Source: Eledone cirrhosa
Lineage: Eukaryota
Direction: 5' to 3'
NCBI GenBank assembly: GCA_964016885.1
Contig: OZ024758.1
Location: 28,582,001-28,646,000 of the forward strand
Length of the DNA stretch: 64,000 bases
The notes below the pieces were generated by a model. That model saw nothing but the letters and a program-made list of their open reading frames with translations, had not been told where the DNA came from and did not search any database. Below are positions 1 to 15,191 of this stretch, piece by piece (positions within the stretch are counted from its first letter, which is position 1; each line of letters opens with the position of its first letter). The translations under genes were made by a program, and so were the position numbers.

Positions 1-3000
1 AGAACATTGCATCATTATAGCAACACAGCCCAAGACTTTATGTCAAGTCATACTATGCCATAAGGTGAGAACATTGCATCACTATAGCAACACAGCCCAA
101 GACTTTATGTCAAGTCATACTATGCCATAAGGTGAGAACATTGCATCACTATAGCAACACAGCCCAAGACTTTATGTCAAGTCATACTATGCCATAAGGT
201 GAGAACATTGCATCATTATAGCAACACAGCCCAAGACTTTATGTCAAGTCATACTATGCCATAAGGTCAGAACATTGCATCATTATAGCAACACAGCCCA
301 AGACTTTATGTCAAGTCATACTATGCCATAAGGTCAGAACATTGCATCACTATAGCAACACAGCCCAAGACTTTATGTCAAGTCATACTATGCCATAAGG
401 TGAGAACATTGCATCACTATAGCAACACAGCCCAAGACTTTATGTCAAGTCATACTATGCCATAAGGTGAGAACATTGCATCATTATAGCAACACAGCCC
501 AAGACTTTATGTCAAGTCATACTATGCCATAAGGTCAGAACATTGCATCATTATAGCAACACAGCCCAAGACTTTATGTCAAGTCACACTATGCCATAAG
601 GTGAGAACATTGCATCACTATAGCAACACAGCCCAAGACTTTATGTCAAGTCATACTATGCCATAAGGTCAGAACATTGCATCATTATAGCAACACAGCC
701 CAAGACTTTATGTCAAGTCATACTATGCCATAAGGTCAGAACATTGCATCATTATAGCAACACAGCCCAAGACTTTATGTCAAGTCATACTATGCCATAA
801 GGTGAGAACATTGCATCACTATAGCAACACAGCCCAAGACTTTATGTCAAGTCATACTATGCCATAAGGTCAGAATATTGCATCATTATAGCAACACAGC
901 CCAAAACTTTATGTCAAGTCATACTATGCCATAAGGTCAGAACATTGCATCATTATAGCAACACAGCCCAAGACTTTATGTCAAGTCATACTATGCCATA
1001 AGGTGAGAACATTGCATCACTATAGCAACACAGCCCAAGACTTTATGTCAAGTCATACTATGCCATAAGGTCAGAACATTGCATCATTATAGCAACACAG
1101 CCCAAGACTTTATGTCAAGTCATACTATGCCATAAGGTCAGAACATTGCATCATTATAGCAACACAGCCCAAGACTTTATGTCAAGTCATACTATGCCAT
1201 AAGGTGAGAACATTGCATCACTATAGCAACACAGCCCAAGACTTTATGTCAAGTCATACTATGCCATAAGGTCAGAACATTGCATCATTATAGCAACACA
1301 GCCCAAGACTTTATGTCAAGTCATACTATGCCATAAGGTCAGAACATTGCATCATTATAGCAACACAGCCCAAGACATTATGTCAAGTCATACTATGCCA
1401 TAAGGTCAGAACATTGCATCATTATAGCAACACAGCCCAAGACTTTATGTCAAGTCATACTATGCCATAAGGTCAGAACATTGCATCATTATAGCAACAC
1501 AGCCCAAGACTTTATGTCAAGTCATACTATGCCATAAGGTCAGAACATTGCATCATTATAGCAACACAGCCCAAGACTTTATGTCAAGTCATACTATGCC
1601 ATAAGGTGAGAACATTGCATCACTATAGCAACACAGCCCAAGACTTTATGTCAAGTCATACTATGCCATAAGGTGAGAACATTGCATCATTATAGCAACA
1701 CAGCCCAAGACTTTATGTCAAGTCATACTATGCCATAAGGTGAGAACATTGCATCATTATAGCAACACAGACCAAGACTTTATGTCAAGTCACACTATGC
1801 CATAAGGTGAGAACATTGCATCATTATAGCAACACAGCCCAAGACTTTATGTCAAGTCATACTATGCCATAAGGTCAGAACATTGCATCATTATAGCAAC
1901 ACAGCCCAAGACTTTATGTCAAGTCATACTATGCCATAAGGTGAGAACATTGCATCACTATAGCAACACAGCCCAAGACTTTATGTCAAGTCATACTATG
2001 CCATAAGGTGAGAACATTGCATCACTATAGCAACACAGCCCAAGACTTTATGTCAAGTCATACTATGCCATAAGGTGAGAACATTGCATCATTATAGCAA
2101 CACAGCCCAAGACTTTATGTCAAGTCATACTATGCCATAAGGTCAGAACATTGCATCATTATAGCAACACAGCCCAAGACTTTATGTCAAGTCATACTAT
2201 GCCATAAGGTCAGAACATTGCATCACTATAGCAACACAGCCCAAGACTTTATGTCAAGTCATACTATACCATAAGGTGAGAACATTGCATCACTATAGCA
2301 ACACAGCCCAAGACTTTATGTCAAGTCATACTATGCCATAAGGTGAGAACATTGCATCATTATAGCAACACAGCCCAAGACTTTATGTCAAGTCATACTA
2401 TGCCATAAGGTCAGAACATTGCATCATTATAGCAACACAGCCCAAGACTTTATGTCAAGTCACACTATGCCATAAGGTGAGAACATTGCATCACTATAGC
2501 AACACAGCCCAAGACTTTATGTCAAGTCATACTATGCCATAAGGTCAGAACATTGCATCATTATAGCAACACAGCCCAAGACTTTATGTCAAGTCATACT
2601 ATGCCATAAGGTCAGAACATTGCATCATTATAGCAACACAGCCCAAGACTTTATGTCAAGTCATACTATGCCATAAGGTGAGAACATTGCATCACTATAG
2701 CAACACAGCCCAAGACTTTATGTCAAGTCATACTATGCCATAAGGTCAGAACATTGCATCATTATAGCAACACAGCCCAAAACTTTATGTCAAGTCATAC
2801 TATGCCATAAGGTCAGAACATTGCATCATTATAGCAACACAGCCCAAGACTTTATGTCAAGTCATACTATGCCATAAGGTGAGAACATTGCATCACTATA
2901 GCAACACAGCCCAAGACTTTATGTCAAGTCATACTATGCCATAAGGTCAGAACATTGCATCATTATAGCAACACAGCCCAAGACTTTATGTCAAGTCATA

Positions 3001-6000
3001 CTATGCCATAAGGTCAGAACATTGCATCATTATAGCAACACAGCCCAAGACTTTATGTCAAGTCATACTATGCCATAAGGTGAGAACATTGCATCACTAT
3101 AGCAACACAGCCCAAGACTTTATGTCAAGTCATACTATGCCATAAGGTCAGAACATTGCATCATTATAGCAACACAGCCCAAGACTTTATGTCAAGTCAT
3201 ACTATGCCATAAGGTCAGAACATTGCATCATTATAGCAACACAGCCCAAGACTTTATGTCAAGTCATACTATGCCATAAGGTCAGAACATTGCATCATTA
3301 TAGCAACACAGCCCAAGACTTTATGTCAAGTCATACTATGCCATAAGGTGAGAACATTGCATCACTATAGCAACACAGCCCAAGACTTTATGTCAAGTCA
3401 TACTATGCCATAAGGTCAGAACATTGCATCATTATAGCAACACAGCCCAAGACTTTATGTCAAGTCATACTATGCCATAAGGTCAGAACATTGCATCATT
3501 ATAGCAACACAGCCCAAGACTTTATGTCAAGTCATACTATGCCATAAGGTGAGAACATTGCATCACTATAGCAACACAGCCCAAGACTTTATGTCAAGTC
3601 ATACTATGCCATAAGGTCAGAACATTGCATCATTATAGCAACACAGCCCAAGACTTTATGTCAAGTCATACTATGCCATAAGGTCAGAACATTGCATCAT
3701 TATAGCAACACAGCCCAAGACTTTATGTCAAGTCATACTATGCCATAAGGTGAGAACATTGCATCACTATAGCAACACAGCCCAAGACTTTATGTCAAGT
3801 CATACTATGCCATAAGGTCAGAACATTGCATCATTATAGCAACACAGCCCAAGACTTTATGTCAAGTCATACTATGCCATAAGGTGAGAACATTGCATCA
3901 TTATAGCAACACAGCCCAAGACTTTATGTCAAGTCACACTATGCCATAAGGTGAGAACATTGCATCACTATAGCAACACAGCCCAAGACTTTATGTTAAG
4001 TCATACTATGCCATAAGGTGAGAACATTGCATCATTATAGCAACACAGCCCAAGACTTTATGTCAAGTCATACTATGCCATAAGGTGAGAACATTGCATC
4101 ACTATAGCAACACAGCCCAAGACTTTATGTCAAGTCATACTATGCCATAAGGTCAGAACATTGCATCATTATAGCAACACAGCCCAAGACTTTATGTCAA
4201 GTCATACTATGCCATAAGGTCAGAACATTGCATCATTATAGCAACACAGCCCAAGACTTTATGTCAAGTCATACTATGCCATAAGGTGAGAACATTGCAT
4301 CACTATAGCAACACAGCCCAAGACTTTATGTCAAGTCATACTATGCCATAAGGTGAGAACATTGCATCATTATAGCAACACAGCCCAAGACTTTATGTCA
4401 AGTCATACTATGCCATAAGGTGAGAACATTGCATCATTATAGCAACACAGACCAAGACTTTATGTCAAGTCACACTATGCCATAAGGTGAGAACATTGCA
4501 TCATTATAGCAACACAGCCCAAGACTTTATGTCAAGTCATACTATGCCATAAGGTCAGAACATTGCATCATTATAGCAACACAGCCCAAGACTTTATGTC
4601 AAGTCATACTATGCCATAAGGTGAGAACATTGCATCACTATAGCAACACAGCCCAAGACTTTATGTCAAGTCATACTATGCCATAAGGTGAGAACATTGC
4701 ATCACTATAGCAACACAGCCCAAGACTTTATGTCAAGTCATACTATGCCATAAGGTGAGAACATTGCATCATTATAGCAACACAGCCCAAGACTTTATGT
4801 CAAGTCATACTATGCCATAAGGTCAGAACATTGCATCATTATAGCAACACAGCCCAAGACTTTATGTCAAGTCATACTATGCCATAAGGTCAGAACATTG
4901 CATCACTATAGCAACACAGCCCAAGACTTTATGTCAAGTCATACTATACCATAAGGTGAGAACATTGCATCACTATAGCAACACAGCCCAAGACTTTATG
5001 TCAAGTCATACTATGCCATAAGGTGAGAACATTCTGCATCATTATAGCAACACAGCCCAAGACTTTATGTCAAGTCATACTATGCCATAAGGTCAGAACA
5101 TTGCATCATTATAGCAACACAGCCCAAGACTTTATGTCAAGTCACACTATGCCATAAGGTGAGAACATTGCATCACTATAGCAACACAGCCCAAGACTTT
5201 ATGTCAAGTCATACTATGCCATAAGGTCAGAACATTGCATCATTATAGCAACACAGCCCAAGACTTTATGTCAAGTCATACTATGCCATAAGGTCAGAAC
5301 ATTGCATCATTATAGCAACACAGCCCAAGACTTTATGTCAAGTCATACTATGCCATAAGGTGAGAACATTGCATCACTATAGCAACACAGCCCAAGACTT
5401 TATGTCAAGTCATACTATGCCATAAGGTCAGAACATTGCATCATTATAGCAACACAGCCCAAAACTTTATGTCAAGTCATACTATGCCATAAGGTCAGAA
5501 CATTGCATCATTATAGCAACACAGCCCAAGACTTTATGTCAAGTCATACTATGCCATAAGGTGAGAACATTGCATCACTATAGCAACACAGCCCAAGACT
5601 TTATGTCAAGTCATACTATGCCATAAGGTCAGAACATTGCATCATTATAGCAACACAGCCCAAGACTTTATGTCAAGTCATACTATGCCATAAGGTCAGA
5701 ACATTGCATCATTATAGCAACACAGCCCAAGACTTTATGTCAAGTCATACTATGCCATAAGGTGAGAACATTGCATCACTATAGCAACACAGCCCAAGAC
5801 TTTATGTCAAGTCATACTATGCCATAAGGTCAGAACATTGCATCATTATAGCAACACAGCCCAAGACTTTATGTCAAGTCATACTATGCCATAAGGTCAG
5901 AACATTGCATCATTATAGCAACACAGCCCAAGACTTTATGTCAAGTCATACTATGCCATAAGGTCAGAACATTGCATCATTATAGCAACACAGCCCAAGA

Positions 6001-9000
6001 CTTTATGTCAAGTCATACTATGCCATAAGGTGAGAACATTGCATCACTATAGCAACACAGCCCAAGACTTTATGTCAAGTCATACTATGCCATAAGGTCA
6101 GAACATTGCATCATTATAGCAACACAGCCCAAGACTTTATGTCAAGTCATACTATGCCATAAGGTCAGAACATTGCATCATTATAGCAACACAGCCCAAG
6201 ACTTTATGTCAAGTCATACTATGCCATAAGGTGAGAACATTGCATCACTATAGCAACACAGCCCAAGACTTTATGTCAAGTCATACTATGCCATAAGGTC
6301 AGAACATTGCATCATTATAGCAACACAGCCCAAGACTTTATGTCAAGTCATACTATGCCATAAGGTCAGAACATTGCATCATTATAGCAACACAGCCCAA
6401 GACTTTATGTCAAGTCATACTATGCCATAAGGTGAGAACATTGCATCACTATAGCAACACAGCCCAAGACTTTATGTCAAGTCATACTATGCCATAAGGT
6501 CAGAACATTGCATCATTATAGCAACACAGCCCAAGACTTTATGTCAAGTCATACTATGCCATAAGGTGAGAACATTGCATCATTATAGCAACACAGCCCA
6601 AGACTTTATGTCAAGTCACACTATGCCATAAGGTGAGAACATTGCATCACTATAGCAACACAGCCCAAGACTTTATGTTAAGTCATACTATGCCATAAGG
6701 TGAGAACATTGCATCATTATAGCAACACAGCCCAAGACTTTATGTCAAGTTATACTATGCCATAAGGTGAGAACATTGCATCACTATAGCAACACAGCCC
6801 AAGACTTTATGTCAAGTCATACTATGCCATAAGGTCAGAACATTGCATCATTATAGCAACACAGCCCAAGACTTTATGTCAAGTCATACTATGTCATAAG
6901 GTCAGAACATTGCATCACTATAGCAACACAGCCCAAGACTTTATGTCAAGTCATACTATGTCATAAGGTCAGAACATTGCATCACTATAGCAACACAGCC
7001 CAAGACTTTATGTCAAGTCATACTATGTCATAAGGTCAGAACATTGCATCACTATAGCAACACAGCCCAAGACTTTATGTCAAGTCATACTATGTCATAA
7101 GGTCAGAACATTGCATCACTATAGCAACACAGCCCAAGACTTTATGTCAAGTCATACTATGCCATAAGGTCAGAACATTGCATCATTATAGCAACACAGC
7201 CCAAGACTTTATGTCAAGTCATACTATGTCATAAGGTCAGAACATTGCATCACTATAGCAACACAGCCCAAGACTTTATGTCAAGTCATACTATGCCATA
7301 AGGTCAGAACATTGCATCATTATAGCAACACAGCCCAAGACTTTATGTCAAGTCATACTATGTCATAAGGTCAGAACATTGCATCACTATAGCAACACAG
7401 CCCAAGACTTTATGTCAAGTCACACTATCCCATAAGGTGAGAACATTGCATCACTATAGCAACACAGCCCAAGACTTTATGTCAAGTCATACTATGCCAT
7501 AAGGTCAGAACATTGCATCATTATAGCAACACAGCCCAAGACTTTATGTCAAGTCATACTATGTCATAAGGTCAGAACATTGCATCACTATAGCAACACA
7601 GCCCAAGACTTTATGTCAAGTCATACTATGCCATAAGGTCAGAACATTGCATCATTATAGCAACACAGCCCAAGACTTTATGTCAAGTCATACTATGTCA
7701 TAAGGTCAGAACATTGCATCACTATAGCAACACAGCCCAAGACTTTATGTCAAGTCACACTATCCCTTAAGGTGAGAACATTGCATCACTATAGCAACAC
7801 AGCCCAAGACTTTATGTCAAGTCATACTATGCCATAAGGTCAGAACATTGCATCATTATAGCAACACAGCCCAAGACTTTATGTCAAGTCATACTATGCC
7901 ATAAGGTCAGAACATTGCATCACTATAGCAACACAGCCCAAGACTTTATGTCAAGTCATACTATGTCATAAGGTCAGAACATTGCATCACTATAGCAACA
8001 CAGCCCAAGACTTTATGTCAAGTCATACTATGTCATAAGGTCAGAACATTGCATCACTATAGCAACACAGCCCAAGACTTTATGTCAAGTCATACTATGC
8101 CATAAGGTCAGAACATTGCATCATTATAGCAACACAGCCCAAGACTTTATGTCAAGTCATACTATGTCATAAGGTGAGAACATTGCATCACTATAGCAAC
8201 ACAGCCCAAGACTTTATGTCAAGTCATACTATGCCATAAGGTCAGAATATTGCATCATTATAGCAACACAGCCCAAGACTTTATGTCAAGTCATACTATG
8301 TCATAAGGTCAGAACATTGCATCACTATAGCAACACAGCCCAAGACTTTATGTCAAGTCACACTATCCCATAAGGTGAGAACATTGCATCACTATAGCAA
8401 CACAGCCCAAGACTTTATGTCAAGTCATACTATGCCATAAGGTCAGAACATTGCATCATTATAGCAACACAGCCCAAGACTTTATGTCAAGTCATACTAT
8501 GTCATAAGGTCAGAACATTGCATCACTATAGCAACACAGCCCAAGACTTTATGTCAAGTCATACTATGCCATAAGGTCAGAACATTGCATCATTATAGCA
8601 ACACAGCCCAAGACTTTATGTCAAGTCATACTATGTCATAAGGTCAGAACATTGCATCACTATAGCAACACAGCCCAAGACTTTATGTCAAGTCACACTA
8701 TCCCATAAGGTGAGAACATTGCATCACTATAGCAACACAGCCCAAGACTTTATGTCAAGTCATACTATGCCATAAGGTCAGAACATTGCATCATTATAGC
8801 AACACAGCCCAAGACTTTATGTCAAGTCATACTATGCCATAAGGTCAGAACATTGCATCACTATAGCAACACAGCCCAAGACTTTATGTCAAGTCATACT
8901 ATGTCATAAGGTCAGAACATTGCATCACTATAGCAACACAGCCCAAGACTTTATGTCAAGTCATACTATGTCATAAGGTCAGAACATTGCATCACTATAG

Positions 9001-12000
9001 CAACACAGCCCAAGACTTTATGTCAAGTCATACTATGCCATAAGGTCAGAACATTGCATCATTATAGCAACACAGCCCAAGACTTTATGTCAAGTCATAC
9101 TATGTCATAAGGTCAGAACATTGCATCACTATAGCAACACAGCCCAAGACTTTATGTCAAGTCATACTATGCCATAAGGTCAGAACATTGCATCATTATA
9201 GCAACACAGCCCAAGACTTTATGTCAAGTCATACTATGCCATAAGGTGAGAACATTGCATCACTATAGCAACACAGCCCAAGACTTTATGTCAAGTCATA
9301 CTATGCCATAAGGTGAGAACATTGCATCATTATAGCAACACAGCCCAAGACTTTATGTCAAGTCATACTATGCCATAAGGTCAGAACATTGCATCATTAT
9401 AGCAACACAGCCCAAGACTTTATGTCAAGTCATACTATGCCATAAGGTCAGAACATTGCATCATTATAGCAACACAGCCCAAGACTTTATGTCAAGTCAT
9501 ACTATGTCATAAGGTCAGAACATTGCATCACTATAGCAACACAGCCCAAGACTTTATGTCAAGTCATACTATGCCATAAGGTCAGAACATTGCATCATTA
9601 TAGCAACACAGCCCAAGACTTTATGTCAAGTCATACTATGCCATAAGGTGAGAACATTGCATCACTATAGCAACACAGCCCAAGACTTTATGTTAAGTCA
9701 TACTATGTCATAAGGTCAGAACATTGCATCACTATAGCAACACAGCCCAAGACTTTATGTCAAGTCATACTATGCCATAAGGTCAGAACATTGCATCATT
9801 ATAGCAACACAGCCCAAGACTTTATGTCAAGTCATACTATGCCATAAGGTCAGAACATTGCATCAATATAGCAACACAGCCCAAGACTTTATGTCAAGTC
9901 ATACTATGTCATAAGGTCAGAACATTGCATCACTATAGCAACACAGCCCAAGACTTTATGTCAAGTCATACTATGCCATAAGGTGAGAACATTGCATCAC
10001 TATAGCAACACAGCCCAAGACTTTATGTCAAGTCATACTATGCCATAAGGTCAGAACATTGCATCATTATAGCAACACAGCCCAAGACTTTATGTCAAGT
10101 CATACTATGCCATAAGGTGAGAACATTGCATCACTATAGCAACACAGCCCAAGACTTTATGTTAAGTCATACTATGTCATAAGGTCAGAACATTGCATCA
10201 TTATAGCAACACAGCCCAAGACTTTATGTCAAGTCATACTATGCCATAAGGTCAGAACATTGCATCATTATAGCAACACAGCCCAAGACTTTATGTCAAG
10301 TCATACTATGTCATAAGGTCAGAACATTGCATCACTATAGCAACACAGCCCAAGACTTTATGTCAAGTCATACTATGCCATAAGGTGAGAACATTGCATC
10401 ACTATAGCAACACAGCCCAAGACTTTATGTCAAGTCATACTATGCCATAAGGTCAGAACATTGCATCATTATAGCAACACAGCCCAAGACTTTATGTCAA
10501 GTCATACTATGCCATAAGGTGAGAACATTGCATCACTATAGCAACACAGCCCAAGACTTTATGTTAAGTCATACTATGTCATAAGGTCAGAACATTGCAT
10601 CATTATAGCAACACAGCCCAAGACTTTATGTCAAGTCATACTATGCCATAAGGTCAGAACATTGCATCATTATAGCAACACAGCCCAAGACTTTATGTCA
10701 AGTCATACTATGCCATAAGGTGAGAACATTGCATCACTATAGCAACACAGCCCAAGACTTTATGTTAAGTCATACTATGTCATAAGGTCAGAACATTGCA
10801 TCACTATAGCAACACAGCCCAAGACTTTATGTCAAGTCATACTATGCCATAAGGTCAGAACATTGCATCATTATAGCAACACAGCCCAAGACTTTATGTC
10901 AAGTCATACTATGCCATAAGGTCAGAACATTGCATCAATATAGCAACACAGCCCAAGACTTTATGTCAAGTCATACTATGTCATAAGGTCAGAACATTGC
11001 ATCACTATAGCAACACAGCCCAAGACTTTATGTCAAGTCATACTATGCCATAAGGTGAGAACATTGCATCACTATAGCAACACAGCCCAAGACTTTATGT
11101 CAAGTCATACTATGCCATAAGGTCAGAACATTGCATCATTATAGCAACACAGCCCAAGACTTTATGTCAAGTCATACTATGCCATAAGGTGAGAACATTG
11201 CATCACTATAGCAACACAGCCCAAGACTTTATGTTAAGTCATACTATGTCATAAGGTCAGAACATTGCATCATTATAGCAACACAGCCCAAGACTTTATG
11301 TCAAGTCATACTATGCCATAAGGTGAGAACATTGCATCATTATAGCAACACAGCCCAAGACTTTATGTCAAGTCACACTATGCCATAAGGTCAGAACATT
11401 GCATCATTATAGCAACACAGCCCAAGACTTTATGTCAAGTCACACTATGCCATAAGGTCAGAACATTGCATCATTATAGCAACACAGCCCAAGACTTTAT
11501 GTCAAGTCACACTATGCCATAAGGTGAGAACATTGCATCACTATAGCAACACAGCCCAAGACATTATGTCAAGTCATACTATGCCATAAGGTGAGAACAT
11601 TGCATCACTATAGCAACACAGCCCAAGACTTTATGTCAAGTCATACTATGCCATAAGGTGAGAACATTGCATCACTATAGCAACACAGCCCAAGACTTTA
11701 TGTCAAGTCATACTATGCCATAAGGTGAGAACATTGCATCACTATAGCAACACAGCCCAAGACTTTATGTTAAGTCATACTATGCCATAAGGTCAGAACA
11801 TTGCATCATTATAGCAACACAGCCCAAGACTTTATGTCAAGTCACACTATGCCATAAGGTGAGAACATTGCATCATTATAGCAACACAGCCCAAGACTTT
11901 ATGTCAAGTCATACTATGCCATAAGGTGAGAACATTGCATCATTATAGCAACACAGCCCAAGACTTTATGTCAAGTCATACTATGCCATAAGGTCAGAAC

Positions 12001-12556
12001 ATTGCATCATTATAGCAACACAGCCCAAGACTTTATGTCAAGTCATACTATGCCATAAGGTGAGAACATTGCATCACTATAGCAACACAGCCCAAGACTT
12101 TATGTCAAGTCATACTATGCCATAAGGTCAGAACATTGCATCATTATAGCAACACAGCCCAAGACTTTATGTCAAGTCATACTATGCCATAAGGTCAGAA
12201 CATTGCATCATTATAGCAACACAGCCCAAGACTTTATGTCAAGTCATACTATGCCATAAGGTCAGAACATTGCATCATTATAGCAACACAGCCCAAGACT
12301 TTATGTCAAGTCATACTATGCCATAAGGTCAGAACATTGCATCATTATAGCAACACAGCCCAAGACTTTATGTCAAGTCATACTATGCCATAAGGTCAGA
12401 ACATTGCATCATTATAGCAACACAGCCCAAGACTTTATGTCAAGTCATACTATGCCATAAGGTGAGAACATTGCATCATTATAGCAACACAGCCCAAGAC
12501 TTTATGTCAAGTCATACTATGCCATAAGGTCAGAACATTGCATCATTATAGCAACA
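1..12556. repeat. 67-bp tandem satellite, ~187 copies, runs off the window start; intronic in CAPS
   Basis: Unit AGAACATTGCATCA(T/C)TATAGCAACACAGCCCAAGACTTTATGTCAAGTCATACTATG(C/T)CATAAGGT(G/C) repeats head-to-tail with few substitutions and one 2-bp insertion near 5033. Confidence 0.99.
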
Positions 12557-12679
12557 GATTTTTTGCTACTTTAAACTCTTCCACTCATAATGTTATTAAC
12601 AGTTGGAGTTCTGCAGTAGTGATATACAGCCCAACTTTTGTAAATCTTGGGAAGAGATGAGTCGTTCTTGTAGGAAACT

Positions 12680-13972
12680 GCCTATACACCTTTCGTCATC
12701 CCGCACACCACAACTTATTCCTCTTAAACACAGTTTCTCTCTCAACAAATCCATGCTCAGTCATTCACGCACATTGACATTGCACATCCAACAGAGCATG
12801 CTTGCCTCATTTCTCTCCAGCCATCGCATATCCCCTGCAGTTGCTGCTCATGTCTCACTACCATGCAGCATTACGCACCTCACACAGGCATCATATAACC
12901 GGCCTTTCGTACGCAGAGAGAAACCCTTCTTCGTCAGCAGAGGAAGCAGCTCCCTAAACTTCTTCCAACCCGTCCTTATTCTAGATACTATGGCCTCGGA
13001 ATACCCCTCTCCCATGCTAATCTGAACATCTAGGTACTGGAAGCTATCAACCACTTCTATAGAACCGACCTGAATTTGAAAAATGTGTCTATCAATGTGA
13101 CTTCTACTGTCAAATTTTCCTGTACATCTACTGCATACGTATTTCTCCCTACCTGTTAGTTTGCCTGCTATCCCACTACATCTCTTATGTACCCAAGATC
13201 TGCATTGTGTACATTTTACAGAATTTTTGTTAGTTCCTTTTCTGCATATCGAACATGGCCAATCAGAGTTTTGTCCTCTTCTCTACTCATTAACACTTTT
13301 GTCTTAGCTAGGTTCACTCTCAGTCCTCTTAATTCCAACTGCTGTTTCCATAGCCAGAATTTATTCTCTAGCTCCTCTACTAATTCTGCTATAAGAACCA
13401 GATCGTCAGCATAGAGAAGTTCCCATGGACAGCCATGTTATGGTTTGGAGGACTATAATGAACAAGAGCAGGCTGAGGACCGAACCCTGATGTACACCTA
13501 CTTGTATCTGGAATTCCTCACTAAACTCCATTCCTACCCTCACTTTACGGACAGCACCCCTGTACATAGCTTGCACTGTCCTGACAAGCATTCCTCAACA
13601 CCTAGTTTCCTTAGGGACACCAGATGACAGATCGGGGTACCCTATCAAAGGCCTTCCCTAGGTCAACAAAAGCTAAGTATAGTGGCTTATTCTTCTCTAA
13701 GAACCTCTCTTGTAATTGTCTCACTAAGAAAAGGGCATCTGTTGTACTTTTTCGAGGCACAAAACCAAACTGCATCTCATCAAGTTTGACCCTTTCTCTA
13801 ATTAGTTGTGCTAATATCCTTTCTGCCACTTTCATAACCTGATCCATCAGCTTTATGTCCCTATAATTGCTCCTCTCCAGAGCATCCCCTTTACCTTTGT
13901 AGCAATTTATGAGAATACTGCTGCACCAGTCTTTGGGTATGACACCACCATATATAGCCTGATTGATGATGC
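12680..13972 (-). mobile_element. Decayed RTE-clade LINE fragment (RT domain, PHD-like finger, C-terminal region), frameshifted
   Basis: Broken frames encode [46 protein letters not shown] and WPCSIC..CTQC..HKRC..CSRC; it is a diverged paralogue of the 16-18.8 kb element. Confidence 0.92.
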
Positions 13973-14020
13973 TTTAGATAATCATATTAATTATTATGTA
14001 ACTTCTGTCTTAACATTTAT

Positions 14021-14090
14021 TTCATCATCATCATGATCATCTTCGTTTAACGTCCATCTTCCACGCTAGCATGGGTTAGACGGATTGATA
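14021..14090 (-). mobile_element. Extreme 3' end of RTE LINE with (GAT)n tail
   Basis: Reverse complement reads ..CCCATGCTAGCGTGGAAGATGGACGTTAAACGAAGATGATCATGATGATG, matching the RTE 3' termini at 28880-28932 and 37273-37315. Confidence 0.75.
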
Positions 14091-14440
14091 TAGTTGACGT
14101 GGAGTGTTCTGTCATCTTAAACCCATTTATCAATAACTATATATAACTAATTTCACATTTTAAACACCTATTTCTGAATTTAAACTTTTACATCTCAAAT
14201 TATACATTAATTTCCTTACATTTTTTTTACCTTTAAGTAAACCAATTTACATACTTCTTATATTTCAGAGAAATTCATTTTACTAATTACTAATTAAGAT
14301 TCTTTTTTAAATATTATTTATTTTAACTTTAGAAGAAATTTTCTTCAAAATTAACATAATAATGTATAGGATTTAAATTGTATCACTTTAGAATAAAGAC
14401 AGAAATACAACATCTATAAAAATAGTGTTAAAATACTTAC

Positions 14441-14552
14441 TTTTCCCAGTTCACGATCTTCTAAACTTAATACTTTAGAGCTCTCTGTATACAACTTAAC
14501 TTTAACAACTGGTAACGGGTGTGGTGTTGTAAAATCCCCTTGGGTATCCCAA
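14441..14552 (-). CDS. CADPS: CAPS/UNC-31 internal exon (C2 domain): (C)[37 protein letters not shown]
   Basis: 112 nt with ATATCAG acceptor and GTAAGT donor. Matches the CAPS motif [37 protein letters not shown]. Its first T completes the TG left by the upstream exon (TGT, Cys). Confidence 0.95.
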
Positions 14553-14659
14553 CTGATATAGAAAGAAAAAAGATTAACCAGACTATAGCACATATAGACT
14601 TCTGCTTGCATGCACACACCTTTTAGAAGTAGAAATATTTATAAAAAATATTCTACAAT

Positions 14660-15030
14660 TTAATAGAAAAAGAAAAAAAGAAAATTTAGATTGAGAAGAA
14701 ATAAGAAAATATACAGAAAAAAAAACCAGAAAAGGGAGGGAATGGCAAGGACTCTAGTGTCGGGAGAGAGGGGGAGAGGGAGGGTGGTTGGCTCTGGGCC
14801 TAAGGTGCAGCGGTAATGGGGCTGCACCCCGAGGACAAGACCACAAAAGCATTCCTGCAGACAATCGCCAGCAACACCTGCTGCAACAGCCACCCTACTT
14901 CATGGGGTTCCTTCCTCAGATGGGTCGCCAACGTTCCAATTTTGTGGAGGAGCTCAACTGTACGGGGGTCCAAGTATGCTTAAGGTCTTGAAGATGGCAT
15001 CCATAATACCTCTCACGGGCACAGCTAAAC
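14660..15030 (-). mobile_element. 3' remnant of an RLE-type (CRE-like) non-LTR retrotransposon
   Basis: With one frameshift it reads AIFKTLSILGP/RTVELLHKIGTLATHLRKEPHEVGWLLQQVLLAIVCRNAFVVL, resembling the 'ETLG..GP...L.QRISLAIQRGNA' C-terminus of restriction-like-endonuclease elements. A pyrimidine-rich 3' tract follows. Confidence 0.6.
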
Positions 15031-15191
15031 TCTACCTCACATCTAAACTAATGGTGATGATGGTGGAAGTAATGATGATGACAATGATGCTTAAAAACAC
15101 GTCAATAATGCACAAATTTACAAAACCATCCTTGATATTCTAAAGGGCTTCTTATAAAACTTTGAATAAAACTTCACTGGAGTGAATATCT

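Noticed and set aside
1-12556. CRISPR-like array
   Set aside because: There are no unique spacers and no cas genes; it is a contiguous 67-bp tandem satellite in a eukaryotic intron.
1-12556. C/D-box snoRNA array (RTGATGC and CTGA on the minus strand), or nuclear-receptor sites (AGGTCA/AGAACA) in each monomer
   Set aside because: Box C is imperfect, CTGA is present in only some monomers, and there is no terminal stem or recognisable guide; such short motifs are expected by chance.
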